A stretch of DNA of 248,000 nt from Rhodosorus marinus CCMP1338. Taxonomy: Eukaryota; Plantae; Rhodophyta. The notes under the pieces were generated by a model, which searched no databases, was not told the DNA's origin, and worked only from the letters and a program-made list of their open reading frames with translations. A program made the position numbers and the translations under genes. Positions 1-14,700 of the stretch are shown here, in pieces (position 1 is the first letter of the stretch; each line of letters opens with the position of its first letter). The stretch is from NCBI GenBank assembly GCA_029953675.1, contig JAMWBK010000001.1:1260001-1508000 (forward strand), given 5' to 3'.

Positions 1-408
1 CGCGAGACGCAATAGAACGAGCTGCAAGGCACACGCATGAAGTAGAGGCCCACAAGGATCGCCTTGTTGGACGCCAGTATGTGCTTGGAGAACAGCGAAA
101 ACAACCATGTATTTGCATTTGCCAATATCGCCCAAGCTCTCTCTGTGACGGCCAAACCTGGCAAAACGCTTTCAACAGCAGATGTATACGTAAATTAATG
201 GTGATCCCTTTTAGTAACAGTTTGCTACCTCTTCGTGCACTCCCTCTGGGCGGATCAGATTTGGAGAAAAATGCCTTGAAGCTAGGACAGCTGTCCTAGC
301 CTTTTGTTGTGTTTATTTCAAACAGAGTTCTTCAAAGCATCCTCCGAAAAAGCAAGCGGATGGGTTTTGTATGGACCTTGCTTTTGAGATTTGAGTTTGG
401 CTCTCTTT

Positions 409-1198
409 CTATTCGAGTCCACACCTCCTCCTGCAGTCCCGAGAGATCTCTCTCATCATGGCGTCGTTACGGAACCTGTCGATCCTGGGCTGGTTGACTC
501 TGAAGATGGTCTGGAGGAGGTTGTCCGGGAAGTTGTAGATGGAGTCGGGGAAATTGACAGCTCCGGGGTCCTCGTTGCTGAGCGCTGCAAAGAATTGTGC
601 CGGTTTGCAGCTGTTGTTAATCTGGAAGTGCGGCAGACCCTGTGGGAATATCGTCCCTTGTCCGGCCTTGAGAGTGTTGATGAGGGTACGGGTCTGGAAC
701 TCTGAGGGTCGTAGACGCGAGAGGATTGCGGGTTTTAGGTGGAGGTAGTGGAAGCGAGGTTTCAGGATGTTTTTCTTACCCTCAGTAAATCCGACGACGA
801 ACTTGCTGCCCTTGATGAGGTAGAGGAATTCAGTCGCGCGGGGGTGATTGTGCGGGTTGTTCACTACGATCGAGAAAAAAAACAGAGAGAGAGAGAGAGA
901 TAGTCATATGATTCTCAGATTCGAGTGCATGATCATGGCTATTTGTGCAGCACGTACTTCCACATGGCTCAATGTTAGCCAGAGCAGCAGCAACGCCCTG
1001 CTTCTTCAATACCGGGAAGGTGTTGAGGAAAGCTGGGATCAAGGTCGTTCCAATACCGTTCTGCAGCATCGGTCCCTCACTAAAGTCAAACACAAAGTCC
1101 TTCTCGGAGAATTCCTGACGCTTCTCGAGCTCAGTCAACGAACTTCCCGCCAACGCCAGTCCCACCAGAACCGCCACAACACTCACAATCTTCATCAT
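409..1198 (-). CDS. Secreted germin-like/spherulin cupin protein, copy 1 (3 exons; introns 864-957 and 702-779)
   Basis: Signal peptide MKIVSVVAVLVGLALA; germin box NNPHNHPRATE and FPQGLPHFQIN; GT..AG introns restore a continuous frame. Confidence 0.85.
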
Positions 1199-2254
1199 CT
1201 TGCTTTAGTCTATTGATCTTCTGATTCTTACTTCTTTTACTAGTCACCTTGTATTGATATCCTCTTCCTCATCTCTCTAGAGCTCTTCAGATAATCTCGG
1301 CCTTCTTATACAGGCCAAAGTTGACCCCAGGACCTCCCTCAACGAAGCCTAGTTCGCCCACAAAACTCTGTTTTGCCCCTTTTCAGACCGAAAAGTACAG
1401 ACTCTGAGCCAACGCGGATGTTAAGATCTGTGGTGAGGGCAGAAGCGTCATTATCGTTCATTTGAATGTCAATCCTTGCCCGAGCACCGTTGCCAGTCCC
1501 TCTTTTTTCCGGAGCATTATTTGCACAACATGCCCAAGTTGTGCAGCTAGCGAAGAGGTGGCCGCTGTCAGCATTTATTTGCCCTGGTTTGAACGGGACG
1601 TGGCTGATGAGGAGAAACGGATTTTGCTGCATGTTGGGGAAGTAGGTGAGGGGAACACAGGAGGTGCAAATTGTCGGACTCAGGTCTGTGGAGAATTTTG
1701 CCTAATTGGGATGTGATCGCGGGAACTGAATATAGGATTTCCTGAGGTCAAAAGCAATTATGATTATTAAAACAGAAACGGCAGTTGCTTGTAGCCTTCC
1801 CTAGCCCCAATCCGCAAACAGTGACGGCGAAAGAAGCTCCATGGTTCATTCCAGCTTTTACCAGCGCCAGCGCCCGTAATTCACCCTAAAAACTAAATGC
1901 CAGGACGATCAAATGAACCCTTTTTTGTGTTTATCATGCCATCCAGTACCCCTAAAATCCACCCCCTTCGCTTCAAAGACGCTGTACAACTCAGTTTGGG
2001 CTTTTCGCGGGGGTCAGGGTCAAAGTTGTCAGTCAAAGCAAAAGCAATAAAACAGAAACAAATAGACCCATTCAGTCAAAATATCATCACCCCGGCGAGC
2101 AAATTGAGCGCTATAATATCGTTAAGCACTAATAAGTTCAGTCAAAACTACCTTGAAAATAAAAAATTAAAATTATATTCAATCAGTTTTTGCCTAAGAC
2201 GTTTGCACGGTGAGCAAAATAGTTAAATAAATACTATGAAATCGAAGACTTAGA

Positions 2255-3258
2255 ACGAATGGTTTAATCGGAGGCTGAAAAAAAAAACTCCGAGGGGAAA
2301 AAAAGACTAAGCGAACGAATGGTTTAATCGGAGGCTGAAAAAAAAAACCCCGAGGGGAAAAAAAGACTAAGCGCGGCGAAGTACTCGCGCCTCCAACATC
2401 AAAGCGGCATTCATGCGCCACAGCAGGAAACTTAAGCGGGTAAACAACGATTGAAGACGGTCAGGGCGTTCGCGGAACAACTCCCGAAGCCAGCGAGAAC
2501 CAACAGAGTCCATGAACCCAAAGCACTCAATGATCAGGGGTACCAAGCGATGTGCTAGTGCCGAAGCACGAACACCAGGGGAAGACAAAGCCCCCGCGTA
2601 TTTGATCTCTTTGCGGCGTCTCATGCTGGCGGCGGCAGATCCACGGCGCTCCCCCGCAGCCGGGAGATAACGACTAGCTTGAGGGTTAGGAACAGCAAGA
2701 TCAACATATGTGGTACGGCGGCTGTCGTCACAGGTGATCACCAGGTCGGCTACACGGCGTTCATCATTTTGAAAGTCCGCGACGGGTAAAGGTTTCTCAC
2801 GTTCGATTTCCAGACCGGCTTGCCGGACTATAGGCCGAAGTTCCCCGTATAACAGGTTCAAGATCCGTGTGTGGCGGCGGGTTCGAGCACCTTTCACCGC
2901 CGGGCAACTAGCGAGCAGGTGGGCGCCAAAATCTGCGTTGTCTTCAGTCTGAGAGCAGAGAGGGCACGACGAACCCATCTCGTACGGCCAAGGGGGCTGA
3001 TGTAAGCCGAGGTATAAGCGCAGTGAAGTACGCACTTCGATATCCGACAGTTTGAGTGGCGGAAAGGCTGGTACGGTCATGAGCCACTGAGAGCTAATAA
3101 CCCCTCCAAGACTACGTAGGCGGGCGCGAGCGCGAGAAGATGAGACCATCTGCGCGAGGAGTCGGCCATATGCAGCACGGTGCAAGTCCCAAGAAAGGAT
3201 ATTTTGCAGCGCATCCGTGCGTGAGGGGAAAAAAAGACTAAGCGCGGCGAAGTACTCG
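2255..3258 (-). mobile_element. Family B RLE non-LTR retrotransposon, 5'-truncated, duplicated tail
   Basis: CPLC..HLLASC zinc knuckle, RTRRH, ADLVITCDD..YVDLAV RLE motif; TSD CGAAGACTTAGA at 2243-2254 and 3259-3270. Confidence 0.9.
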
Positions 3259-4589
3259 CGAAGACTTAGATGGGTTCCGAGCATGCCGAATGAATCTGGA
3301 TTTCTTCTGGATTGACTATCAGTCAATTTCTTAATACGGTGAGCAAATTTCTTGGCTTGGCAAATGGTGGAGAGGCAGAGGCAGAGACAGAGTGTGGAGG
3401 CTGGAGGGGTATCAAGAGAGACAGGATACGATGAAGGTGACACTTTTATTCATCATGTGAAAAATTTCCGTAGCGAGAGAGAAAGAGAAAGAAAGAATGT
3501 GGGGATGTGTGTGAGTGGTTATGGATTTGGAGGACGCTGGTGAGTAGAACCCATACTCTTGCAGGTGCGGGTTAGGGCACGGTCAGGTTCAATGATTGCG
3601 GGCTCCTGGCATAGCGGTAACGTATAAAGGGCTATAGATTGATAGATACTTTGGAACATGTCTCTGGACTGACCTGAACCGTTTTTGCCAGTAGCACGGA
3701 GCCGTGTTTTCTGTCGGCAACGGAAGTCACTCAGTTGCCCTATCCGAACGTTGGACTTGTTTCATGTCGTGTAGGCCACTTCAAGCTGATTGAATCTAAC
3801 TGCTCGAAAATTTACTAGCTCGCCCATCGAGGATCCTTGAGACGCCATGTACAGACTGCTGTCTGGCCAGCACTCTCAAGACTACTGGTGTGGCAAAAGC
3901 TCAGTGGGAAGGAAACACGACGAAACCCAATTCTTCGGTGCAGAAGATTTTCATTTGAGAATCTAATCTCCAACCAAGTTGAGCCATCTCCGCAAGTCCT
4001 AGCGAATCCTCAAATATTCTAACGCTTACTTCAGTACAGAGTATAGCTCCAAGGATACTGAAGAAAAGCAAAATCAACAAGAGCCGGAGACCAGATATCG
4101 AATGAGTTTGTTTAATCGGAGACTGAAAGAAAAAACCCCGAGGGTGAAAAAAAGACTATGGGCGGGGAAGTTCGCGCCCCTCCAACATCAGATCAGCGTT
4201 CATACGCCACAGCAAGAAACTGAAAAGGATAAATAACGAGGACAGACGGTCCGGACGTTCGAGGAACAACTCTCGAAGCCAGCGAGAACCAACGGAATCC
4301 ATAAACCTAAAGCACTCAATGACCAGAGGTACCCGGCGATGAGCTAGAGCCGAAACACGAATGTCTGGGGAAGACGAAGCCCTCGTTTATTTCAACTCCT
4401 TGCGACGTCTCATACTGCAGCGGCAAATCGAAAGCGCTCTCCCGCAGCCGGCAAATAACGACTAGCCTGAAGATTATAATCCATGCCACCGCCACGATTG
4501 GCATGGATTGGTTACTCGTATCTGCGCATTATACCCGGCGTAGCGCTTAAGTCTACGCTAGTTGTTGTTGTTGTTGCTGTGAGCCTATG

Positions 4590-5300
4590 CTAGTAGTTGA
4601 GGGTCGGTCTCACCGGTTCCAGCCATTCATTGTGGAAAGCTTTGGTCACGTCGATAAGTCGGGTTTAGAGTGGTTGCGGAAATGTTTTGTTGAGCATCCT
4701 ACTGAATATTTGGCGCTCTTGAGGCGTTTAAGTGTCTCCCTTTGGCGATATTCCAGCGACATGCTTTCCGAGGCGCGCCATCGGCGCCTGGGGTTGCATG
4801 CTTCCCTCCCTAGTTATTAGTTCATCTTCACGCCTTGCGTAGCGCGTAGTAAAACCACGTGGCGATATTTGAGCAGTAAAACCACGTGGAAAGCGCCCAT
4901 CTCACGGCTGCCGCCCGCCGCCGGGGAGCAGCGGCTTCCGCCCTTCGCCGCGTGAATGAACGACGGTATGCTGAGAGTATGCCTCGCGCTGAGGGTCGCT
5001 CCCACCGGTTCCAGCCTTTCATTGTGGAAAGCTTTGGTCACGTGGAGAAGGCGGGTTTGGATTGGTTGCGGAAATATTTTACTGAGCATCCTGTTGAATA
5101 CTTGGAACTTTTGCGGCTTTTAAGTGTCTCTCTGTGGCGACATTCGAGTAGCATGGTTTCCGAAGCGCGCCATAGGCGCCTGGGTTTGCACGCTTCCCTA
5201 CCTAGTTCTTAGTTCCTTTTCACGCCTTGCGTAGCGCTTCAGGCTATGCTAATAAAGTCCAATAAAGCAGTAAAACCATCAAATAAAGCCAGTAAAACCA
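4590..5300 (+). mobile_element. Head-to-tail 3' fragments of family A non-LTR element
   Basis: HRFQPFIVESFGH..EARHRRLGLHASLPS termini; tail GCTATGCTAATAAAGTCC repeats. Confidence 0.85.
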
Positions 5301-6289
5301 TCGCCACCGCAACACAATAGCTCTTCCTAGCGCTTTTCTCTCTGTGGCCGATGAAGCGACAAAATCGCCGGAGCGCAAGATTAGCACTACCAAAAAAGGC
5401 ACTAAAGCTCCATCTCTGGTCGCCGAAAACATTGGCGAACCTCTCCAGGCCCGAAGCTTTCGAGTGGTGACCAACCTTTTTCCAAAGGTGAGGACTTCTC
5501 CCTCGTCGAGGGGCAGGTTGGCCAGACTCTCTACACACTGAGGCTCCCCGTCTGAAATATTGTAGCCGACACAACACCGCACCTCTGAGCTGCAGACTGA
5601 AGATGAAGTCGCCCACGTGAAGACGTTGGACGAACAGTACGATGCAATAAGGTCGAGCAAGCGAGAAAGTCAGTACGACTTATCGCCATGGAACGCGAGG
5701 ATATGATCCTCGTAGCTCTTGCATCTTGCAAAACTACAAGCGAATGTGTAGGGAGGGCTTAGATTTTCTCCAAGCAGGCACTAGACATCTCCGTGCTGGA
5801 TAAAAACGCCGAGATAGCGCTCTGGCACAACTGAATCGCATCATGTAAGAAGGGATTGCTGAGCATGCCGATCAAGTCTTAGATAGATCCTAACGTAGCA
5901 TGAGCTCCCTGGCTATCCGGTTGCGGTTTCCTTAGAGCACCTTGAGCGTGCTAGTGTCCCGGTACGGGAAGGAGCTCCCAAAGCAGGCGTGCTTTACACA
6001 AAAGTTTCTAAAAAGGGTAGCGGACAAGGAGGTCTCGGGGTATGGACTCGACTTTATAAAGTGAGCTCTTCCTGCCTTCTCTCCCTCGCTCAGCTCTTGA
6101 TAGCTCTGAACTATGTGTGGTTGATAGTACAAGTACGCCAAAGGAACAGATGGGATGACAAAAAGGAAACCTAGGACGCCTTGTTCTCGGTATTTGGTTG
6201 AGAATCCTCGTGCTTTAGTATGGGGTCCTCTCGCTAACGACCAGAAGGGCTTTGCATCTTGGTTTTGCGATTTGAGTTCAGAACTCTTT

Positions 6290-7063
6290 CTATTCGAATC
6301 CACACCTCCTCCTGCAGTCCCGAGAGATCTCTCTCATCATGGCGTCACTCCGGAACCTATCGAGTCTGCCCTGGTTGACTCTGAATATGGTCTGGAGGAG
6401 GTTGTCCGGGAAGTTGTAGATGGAGTCGGGGAAATTGACGGCTCCGGGGTCCTCGTTGCTGAGTGCTGCAAAGAATTGTGCCGGTTTGCAGCTGTTGTTA
6501 ATCTGGAAGTGCGGCAGACCCTGTGGGAAGATCGTCCCTTGTCCGGCCTTGAGAGTGTTGATGAGGGTACGGGTCTGGAACTCTGAGGGTCGTAGAAAAA
6601 CGGATTGCGGGTTTTAGGTGGAGGTACTGGAAGCGAGGTTTCCTGATGTTTTTCTTACCCTCAGTGAATCCGACGACGAACTTGCTGCCCTTGATGAGGT
6701 AGAGGAACTCGGTCGCACGGGGGTGATTGTGTGGGTTGTTCACTACGATCGAGAAAAAAAACAGAGATTCAGAAGATTCTCAGATTCGAGTGCGTTACCA
6801 TGTCTATGTGTGCAGCACATACTTCCACATGGCTCAATGTTAACCAGAGCAGCAGCAACGCCCTGCTTCTTCAATACCGGGAAGGTGTTGAGGAAAGCTG
6901 GGATCAGGGTAGTTCCAATACCGTTCTGCAGCATCGGTCCCTCACTAAAGTCAAACACAAAGTCCTTCTCGGAGAATTCCTGACGCTTCTCGAGCTCAGT
7001 CAACGAACTTCCCGCCAACGCCAGTCCCACCAGAACCGCCACAACGCTCACAATCTTCATCAT
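6290..7063 (-). CDS. Secreted germin-like/spherulin cupin protein, copy 2 (3 exons)
   Basis: Near-identical to copy 1 with the same intron positions and PHNHPRATE motif. Confidence 0.85.
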
Positions 7064-9859
7064 CTTGCTTTAATCTATTGATCTTTTAATCTCTTTTCCG
7101 CTTCTCTGCTGCTTGCTTTGTTGAATGATTCATCCAGACGATTCCATTCCGTCTCTTCTCGGAATCGCTCTCTTTATAGTCTTCATAGCGAGATCCTCGA
7201 GTTACTCAGAGCATCTGGAAACCCGCGTACACGGTCGTGATGTCCTACCTAGAACACAGATTATGAGTTGAGAGGTCTCGAACTGCTATAGTGCTTTCTT
7301 CTCACATTTCTCATGTTTTGTACGGTGAGGTCTGAGGCCTACGTTATCCCCAAATTAGACTGTCAGGGTGGCGGTATTCTTTGCAATGCAAGTGGTGCGT
7401 ATGTACTATAGTAGAAGTACCTCCCCGAATTCGTGGAACGGTGGACGGACGCTCTACTACGGCTTACTGTTGCCGGGGTGTACTTGTGCTTGGCAGATGG
7501 ATACAATCCGTCGCTCCCCATTCTTAGGGCAATTTACGTAGAGATAAAAAAATGCATCGTATACATGGCGAAAGTCAACAAAAAAAACCCGTCAGGACAA
7601 TCTAACTTGTTGGGGAGGTTCTTCTGCCCAAAGAATTCATTCCGAGTTTTACCAATCCATGGCGACATTCGCCCCCTGTCCTCGCCGGAGAGCAGAACAA
7701 TCCCCGCCCTCTAAAATGCTCTCTAGACCCTCAGATCGGAGACGTACTCAATACTTTGGGCAAAGAATCCGATCACTCAACAGGTCAAAACTATCCATCA
7801 GCAGCCAAAACATCACACGATCCGAAATTCAGTCAAATTTATCCTAAGTCCAATCACCATTTTGTACGGTGAGCAAAAATTGTCCGCCTTGCCCCAATCC
7901 CAATAAAACTTAAACTTTAAATCCAAAACTTGTATTAGTTTGACCAATTAAAGGAAGGAAAATTCATATATGCACTTTATTTTACAGAATTATATATACT
8001 GTAAATGTATTACGAAATTAATTTAAACTTTGTATGTATAGAAACATAAATAAATCTATATACGGAATAAGAATATTTATTGTATGTTTATATTTTATTG
8101 CATGTTCAATGAAAATTGAACTTATTTCAGGGAAAATGAAGTTCCCCTATCGAAGGAATTTGTTTAATAGGAGACTGAAGGAAAAAAACCGCGAGGGGAA
8201 ACAAAGACTAAGCGCGGCGAAGATCGGGCGCCTCGAACATCAAAGCGGCGTTCATACGCCACAGTAAGCGACTTAAACGGGTAAACAAGGGGTACAAACG
8301 GTCAGGGCGGTCGGGGAACAATTCCCGAAGCCAACGAGAACCAACGGAATCCATAAACCCAAAGTACCCAATCAGCAGGGGTACCGGGCGATGAGCCAGA
8401 GCCGATGCACCAATACCGCATTTCTATCTGTGCTTGTTGGGCAGAATCTCTTCTGGACATTCTTTGAGGTGAAGGTTGCGCTCTATGTTTTGGGACTCCG
8501 CGATGTCATATGGGTCCGTACGACTCATCATTGAGTTTCTTTGAGTTGTTGGATAATTGTAGGTTGTAGCTGGCTTTGTTGTCTCTCTCGTAGCGGCTCC
8601 CCAGGGCATCCTTGATAGCCTCCCTCACCGAGGTGTCTTTCACCCTTTTCAAGGGGCTGCTTTGTTGTTGGACGCGCATCACTCCCGATTCTCAGGGTAT
8701 TTGGTTTCTGAACAAAGGGATGATGAAGATCATTGGTCTGTTGGTCGGAAGAGGACGACGACGACTATCTTCCTACTCACCTGACATGACCTGGCGCATT
8801 GCAGTGCCGGGTCTGTATCCTCCCGGAAAAGCACGAACTCCGTAATTTCGAGGTCAAATTGCTTCTATTCTATTTAATTTTCAATGGAGAACCGGAAAAG
8901 GTTCAGGTGGTGGTGGTTTTTACTATCAGTACGTTACGCAGGGCGTAATGCGAGCTAGAAAAGGTCTACTTCAAACTGCTGAATGCAGCACTAGGGATGC
9001 GCAAGAAAAAATCAAGCAAGGTTATGGAGACCCCAGATCGTGATACCCTACTCCATTCTATGGGAGCAGTGTCCGGACAATAGCATCGCTACGCAAGGCA
9101 TAGATCGCCAAGCCAGCCGTAAAATGACATAGCTATCGATTCAAATCCAATCGCAAAAGGGTTTGTGCGTCGGCTTTGTGCTCTAGATGTTCCGTAGCTT
9201 CCGTGAGGAACTCTTCTACGGGGTTAGGTACTAAAAGCAAAACTAATTCAAAGGCGACTGTGGTGAACCTCGGGTAGCACTCGCCATAGATCGACACTGA
9301 ACCGGCGTAGGAGTCAAAAATACTGGTCAGAGTTGTCAACAGACCACTCCCAAGCTTGCCTAAGCTTTCCGCAATAAAGGAGTCTGCGGGCTGCCCTCAC
9401 CGCACGAAAGGCTGGGCATAATCTCTCCATACCCTCGTTCTTTCAGTCTGCGAAGAATAACAGCTGCTGCACCCCGGAGAAGGGCGCCGGATGGACAGCG
9501 AGTTCCAAATATTCTGAGCGTCAGGCGGCTGCGTCCGAAACCATCAGGTAAGCAATGCGTCAGGGGGGCGTGTTCGCCGAGGCCGATCGAGACAGCTCCG
9601 GTTCGACTTTGACAGTGTAGCCAACTCGCGTAAAATAATGTTCCCCTCAAGATGCAGTTCATGCGTGTGTGGCGTTTTGTTTAGAGACCTCTCAGGAGTC
9701 CACACGAGCTCAGAAAGTGGTAGCCACAACCGTTCATACGACTCACACAGCCTCGACAAAAGGAAGGTCGGTTGGATGGTGCAGGTAGGGCAACAAGTGG
9801 GAAATAATTTTTTTTCTTGGCCTACACAATGGAAGCGATCGCACCCACTACTTCGGGAA

Positions 9860-10620
9860 TGAGCTCGCGGAGATCACTGAGATAACACGGAAAGCTCTCT
9901 AGACCGGCCGTTGCAGAAAGAGTGGGGCTGAACGTTTATTCCACTGTTCTACTTCGGGTGGGAATTGGACTCTGCGCCATAACCGCATTCGTGATGAACT
10001 CGCGCGTCACCTCCGCCTGTGGCACCTTCATGATCTTCAAGTTGAGCCTTACGGGGTTTTGAGGGTAGTCGTCTTCGACCAGACATTATCGTTCGTCATC
10101 ACCGCACAGGTAAGCTGTACGTAATTGCCGGCAAGGTGGAATCCCCACTACGAGCCCACCTCTTCGTTCGAGCCGCATGTCAAACTGGTTGTGCCGCAGC
10201 TAACGCTGAGGCCTGGAGGCGAGCCAAATATCGGGATGCCATCGGTGACCACAATGACTTCCAATTTGTACCCTTCGCCGTCGAAGGGTTTGGACGACTG
10301 GGGCAAGCGGCCCAAGATTTCATTACCGAAACTACTGCACATCTTGACAACGCTCTTCGCTTCGGTAGTTGGAATAAACGGAAAGATTGGGACCAGATTT
10401 TCCGGGGTCTGGTCCTGTTTCATTGTGGAAAGCTTTGGGCATCTGGAAAATTCCAGCTTGCAGGGCTGTGGAAATGGTTTGCTGACCATCCTGTCGAATG
10501 TTTGGGACTCCTATGCCCGTGAAGTGTTGCTCTCTGGGGATATTCTGGAAGCACGTTCGTAGAGGCGCCCCATCGCCGCCTGGGTTTGTACGCTTTTCTC
10601 CCTAGTTTCTAGTTCCTTTT
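9860..10620 (+). mobile_element. Degenerate RLE region of family E non-LTR element fused to an old family A 3' end
   Basis: RPDIIVRHH..FVPFAVEGFGRLGQAAQDF, followed by family A terminal sequence. Confidence 0.6.
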
Positions 10621-10972
10621 CACGCCCTGCGCTCCGCTTCAGTTTATGCTAGTAAATCTATTCGGACTCCGGGGTATAAAACTCGACTCGACTCCGGAAA
10701 GTCACTGGTCTTCCTGCATTCAATCCCATTGTCCCGCTAGTTTTAGAGCTGCTCTCTGCGGGGTTGATAGCAGAAGCACGCCGTAGGAACATATGGGGTG
10801 TTGAAAAAAGGAAATCTGGGACAGCAGTCCTAGTTTGGCTCTTGGTGTTTGTTTGAAAATCCCCGCGCTTTAGTATGGGGTCCCCTCGCTATCGACCAGA
10901 ATCTATTTGTTTAATCGGACCGGAAGGGCTTTGTATCCATCCTGGTTTTGCGATTTGAGTTTAGGACTCTTT

Positions 10973-11748
10973 CTATTCGAGTCCGCATCTCCTCCGGCAG
11001 TCCCTAGAGATCTCTCTCATCATGGCGTCAGTACGGAACCTATCGACTCTGCCCTGGTTGACCCTGAAGATGGTCTGGAGGAGGTTGTCCGGGAAGTTGT
11101 AGATGGAGTCGGGGAAGTTGACGGCTCCGGGGTCCTCGTTGCTGACCGCCGCAAAGAATTGAGCCGGCTCGCAGCTGTTGTTGATCTGGAAGTGAGGCAA
11201 GCCCTGCGGGAAGATCGTCCCTTGTCCGGGCTTGAGGGTGTTGATGAGAGTACGAGTTTGGAACTCTGAGGGCCATAGAAAAAATGAATTGCCGGTTAGA
11301 TGGAGGTACTGGAAGCCAGGTTTTAGTGAGTTTTTCTTACCCTCTGTGAATCCGACGACGAACTTGCTGCCCTTGATGAGGTAGAGGAACTCGGTCGCAC
11401 GGGGGTGGTTGTGCGGGTTGTTCACTACGATTGAGAAAAACACAGCGAGTCATACGACTGTCAGATTCGATTACATAGCGGTATCCGTATGCCAAACTCA
11501 GACGTACCTCCACACGGCTCAATGTTAACCAGAGCAGCACCCAAACCCTGCTTCTGCAGCACCGGGAAGGTGTTGAGGAAAGCTGGGATCAGGGTCGTTC
11601 CAATACCGTTCTGCAGCATTGGTCCCTCACTAAAGTCAAACACAAAGTCCTTCTCGGAGAATTCCTGACGCTTCTCGAGCTCAGTCAATGTGCTTCCGGC
11701 CAACGCCAGTCCCATCAGAACCGCCACAACGCTCACAATCTTCATCAT
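10973..11748 (-). CDS. Secreted germin-like/spherulin cupin protein, copy 3 (3 exons)
   Basis: Paralog of copies 1 and 2; same motifs and intron positions. Confidence 0.85.
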
Positions 11749-14700
11749 CTTGCTTTGGTCTATTGATTTTTTAATCTCTTTTCTGCTTCTCTGCTGCTTG
11801 CTTTGTTGAGTGATTTATCCAGATGATTCCATTCCGTTCTCTGCTCGCAATTGCTCTCTTTATAGTCATCACAGCAGCCCTACGAGGGACTCGGATGACC
11901 GGAAAAGCAAGTACACGGTTGTAGTGTCCCATATATAGCACATAATGCATGATTCTTCACGCGATTGCCATCATATCCAGGTATCCAGCTGCTACGGCGC
12001 AATGTTTCATCATTCTCATGTGTAGCACGGTGAGGTTTGAGCGCTAGGTTCTCCACAAGGTAGACCGTCAGGGTGCCGGTATCCATGCAGTGCAAGGAGT
12101 GAGTCTGTACTATAGCAGAAATATCTCCACAAGTTCATGGATCGGTGAACGGTTGTGTTAATACGGCTGACCGCTTTCGGGATGTGCTAGTGCGCATCCA
12201 GCTGAACACAATCCGTGTCTCCTGGTTTTTTGGCGGGGCTATTTTCGAGCAGGACTAAAAGTACCTCGTCGGGCATGTGGCGAAATCGAAGCCCTCCAGA
12301 AAACAAAACATCCAGACGATCTACCTTTTTGGGGAACTTTCTCTCCCGAGAGAAAACATTCGAGGTTTTCGCCTGTCCACATAATAACCTCACGTCGTTC
12401 GCCCGCCACCCACCTCAACCCTCCGCGAGAGAAAGATGTCTCCCGGCCTCTTAATTCCTCTCTCAGGACGTTGATATCAATGCATAGTCCCACTGTGAAG
12501 AGAAGCAACCCGACCACCCAACATATCCGAACTAATCCAAAGCACACAGAGCATCCCCAAAAAGACGACACTCAGTCAAACCAATCCTAAGTCCAATCAA
12601 TATTTTGCACGGCGAGCAAAACCGTCCGCTTTGCCCCAATCCCACAAACCCTCAGTATTTTAAATAAAAACATGATTACGAGTTTAATCAATTATCTAAA
12701 GTAAAAACTGAGACGTAAAATGTTATACCAAAATATAGTATCTCAACATAGTATTTAAATAGTATTATTGAGTATACGGATAAAACTTAATTAATTCTAT
12801 GTACTGAGGTAGAATTGGTAGTGTAGTTTAGTAATTTAATCGGGGTGGTTGAAATTTGAATTATTTCAGGTAATGGGTTTTCTCTTATGTACTTTTTTTT
12901 TTTTTTTTGTGTTTCTCCCTCACCGCCCTGCTTAAACCATTCGTCGCTTCCGAAGTGAGCAAGAAATTCTTCCTGATTGGGAGCAGGGTTGGAGATTAGG
13001 TATACGTTTTGGTAGATTTGTTAGGGCTGGGGTTAAGAAACTGGTAAAGATCACGTCTGAAGTTGTTTTCGGAAAGATCCAACCAGATCCTTCTGGGGGG
13101 GGGGGTGTTCTTTGTCGAAGTGTTTGGAATACTGAGCGGTGGCGAAACCCGTTGACCTTGCCCGTTAGGTTAGGGGAGGGTCTTGCTCTTGAAGACACCA
13201 ATGCGAAACAGATTATCTGGTCTAATGATCCACGAGGCCGAGGTATCTCCGCGTAGAAGCATGTACGGTGAGCATAGGTTGACCGGTCGATGTGGCGGCG
13301 CGACGCTCCAGAAGCTATTTTTCTGCGACCCAGGAGCCGAGTCTGGTTGCACTTCCGAATTTTTGCCCTCCAAAAGTTGTTTTTCTCTCTTCTTCTGTAC
13401 CTCTTAACACTGGTAAGATGTTTTCGGTGCTTACGCGCACTCCGGGGGTGCGCACATGCTAAGTCGGAAATCGCCGGGTTTTCTCTGCAGTCCGAATTGT
13501 TATTTGTGCAGAGCGCAAGGACTTCTTGCCGCCAGATTTCTGCTCACGGAATGATCTCAGGACCTCAATTCGATGTCTCAGAACTCAAGTACATGAGCAG
13601 CACAGGCACGAATCGTGAGCTTCTACGTCCGCGTTGAGGAAACATCCACGCTGCTAGATCAAATTTCCACAGCACGACTCTTGTTTGAATCATAGATATC
13701 TCTACTTCTCGTCAAATACCTAGAAGTATGAAATCTAGAACACCTCAGACCAACTATTATTTCACTATTTCAGTATAAATATCAATATGGGTTCAGTCTG
13801 ATGAACCTAGAACATGATAGAGTATTTTACCTAGCGAATCAGTAAGGGATCTCAGTCATCACTTCGAGAATGTGTTCGCCGAGATCATTGAGATCACGCG
13901 GAGAGACCCTAGGGATGAGTAGAAGGTCCGTCTCCTCAGGAGGTAAGTTCAGGGACAAGGTACACGTCTTTCAATATCAATTCCGCGGCTTGTCTAAGAG
14001 GGAAATCGGGGTCTCCCTTTCCAACGGCAGGACTTGTAGACTCGTTCCCGAAGTAGATGGGCACTGGGTAGATCCCCTTAACCTGATATTCTTGAAGTAG
14101 TGCGTCTCATTGCAGACGTGATCGGTGCAACCGGCCGTGGGCCACAAGTGCCTCCGCAGGGTAGATAGTCTCTGAAGAACGAATTGCTCTTGTTCATCTA
14201 GGCGGGTGACTGTAGTGACAACCACAGACTTTGGCTCTATGCAGCGCTAATACAAGTATAGAATGTAAGAAGCCCGCTCAACGGGGTAGTAGACTAGATT
14301 CTAAACCAACACGTTCATGATCAAGGGTACCAGGCGAAGAGATAAAACCGAAGCTCGAATTCTCGGGGTAGACATAGGCCCCCGCGTATTTCACAGCTTT
14401 TGTACGGTGATGGTGTTAGCAGCAGCTCCACGGCTCTCCCTCGGCGCCGGCAGAGAACAGCCAACCTTGGGCTTGGCAAAAGCACGATCACCATATGGTG
14501 ATCGTGCTTTTATGTTGGGCGACGACTACCTTCGCACAAAAATCATGTGGTCGGCAACACAGCGCTCTGCGTGAAAGTTCGTCCGTCACGGGCAGGGGGT
14601 CCTCACGTTCAATCTCGAGGCCCGGATTTGCCTGACAATAGGCCATATTGAATAAATCGGTTAGTCAGAGAGTGAAACAGAAAAAAAACGTGGGGAAAGA

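Noticed and set aside
2200-13280. Recurrent (TA)CGGTGAGCAAA motifs suggesting Tc1/mariner-type TIRs
   Set aside because: Could not pair left and right TIRs or find a transposase
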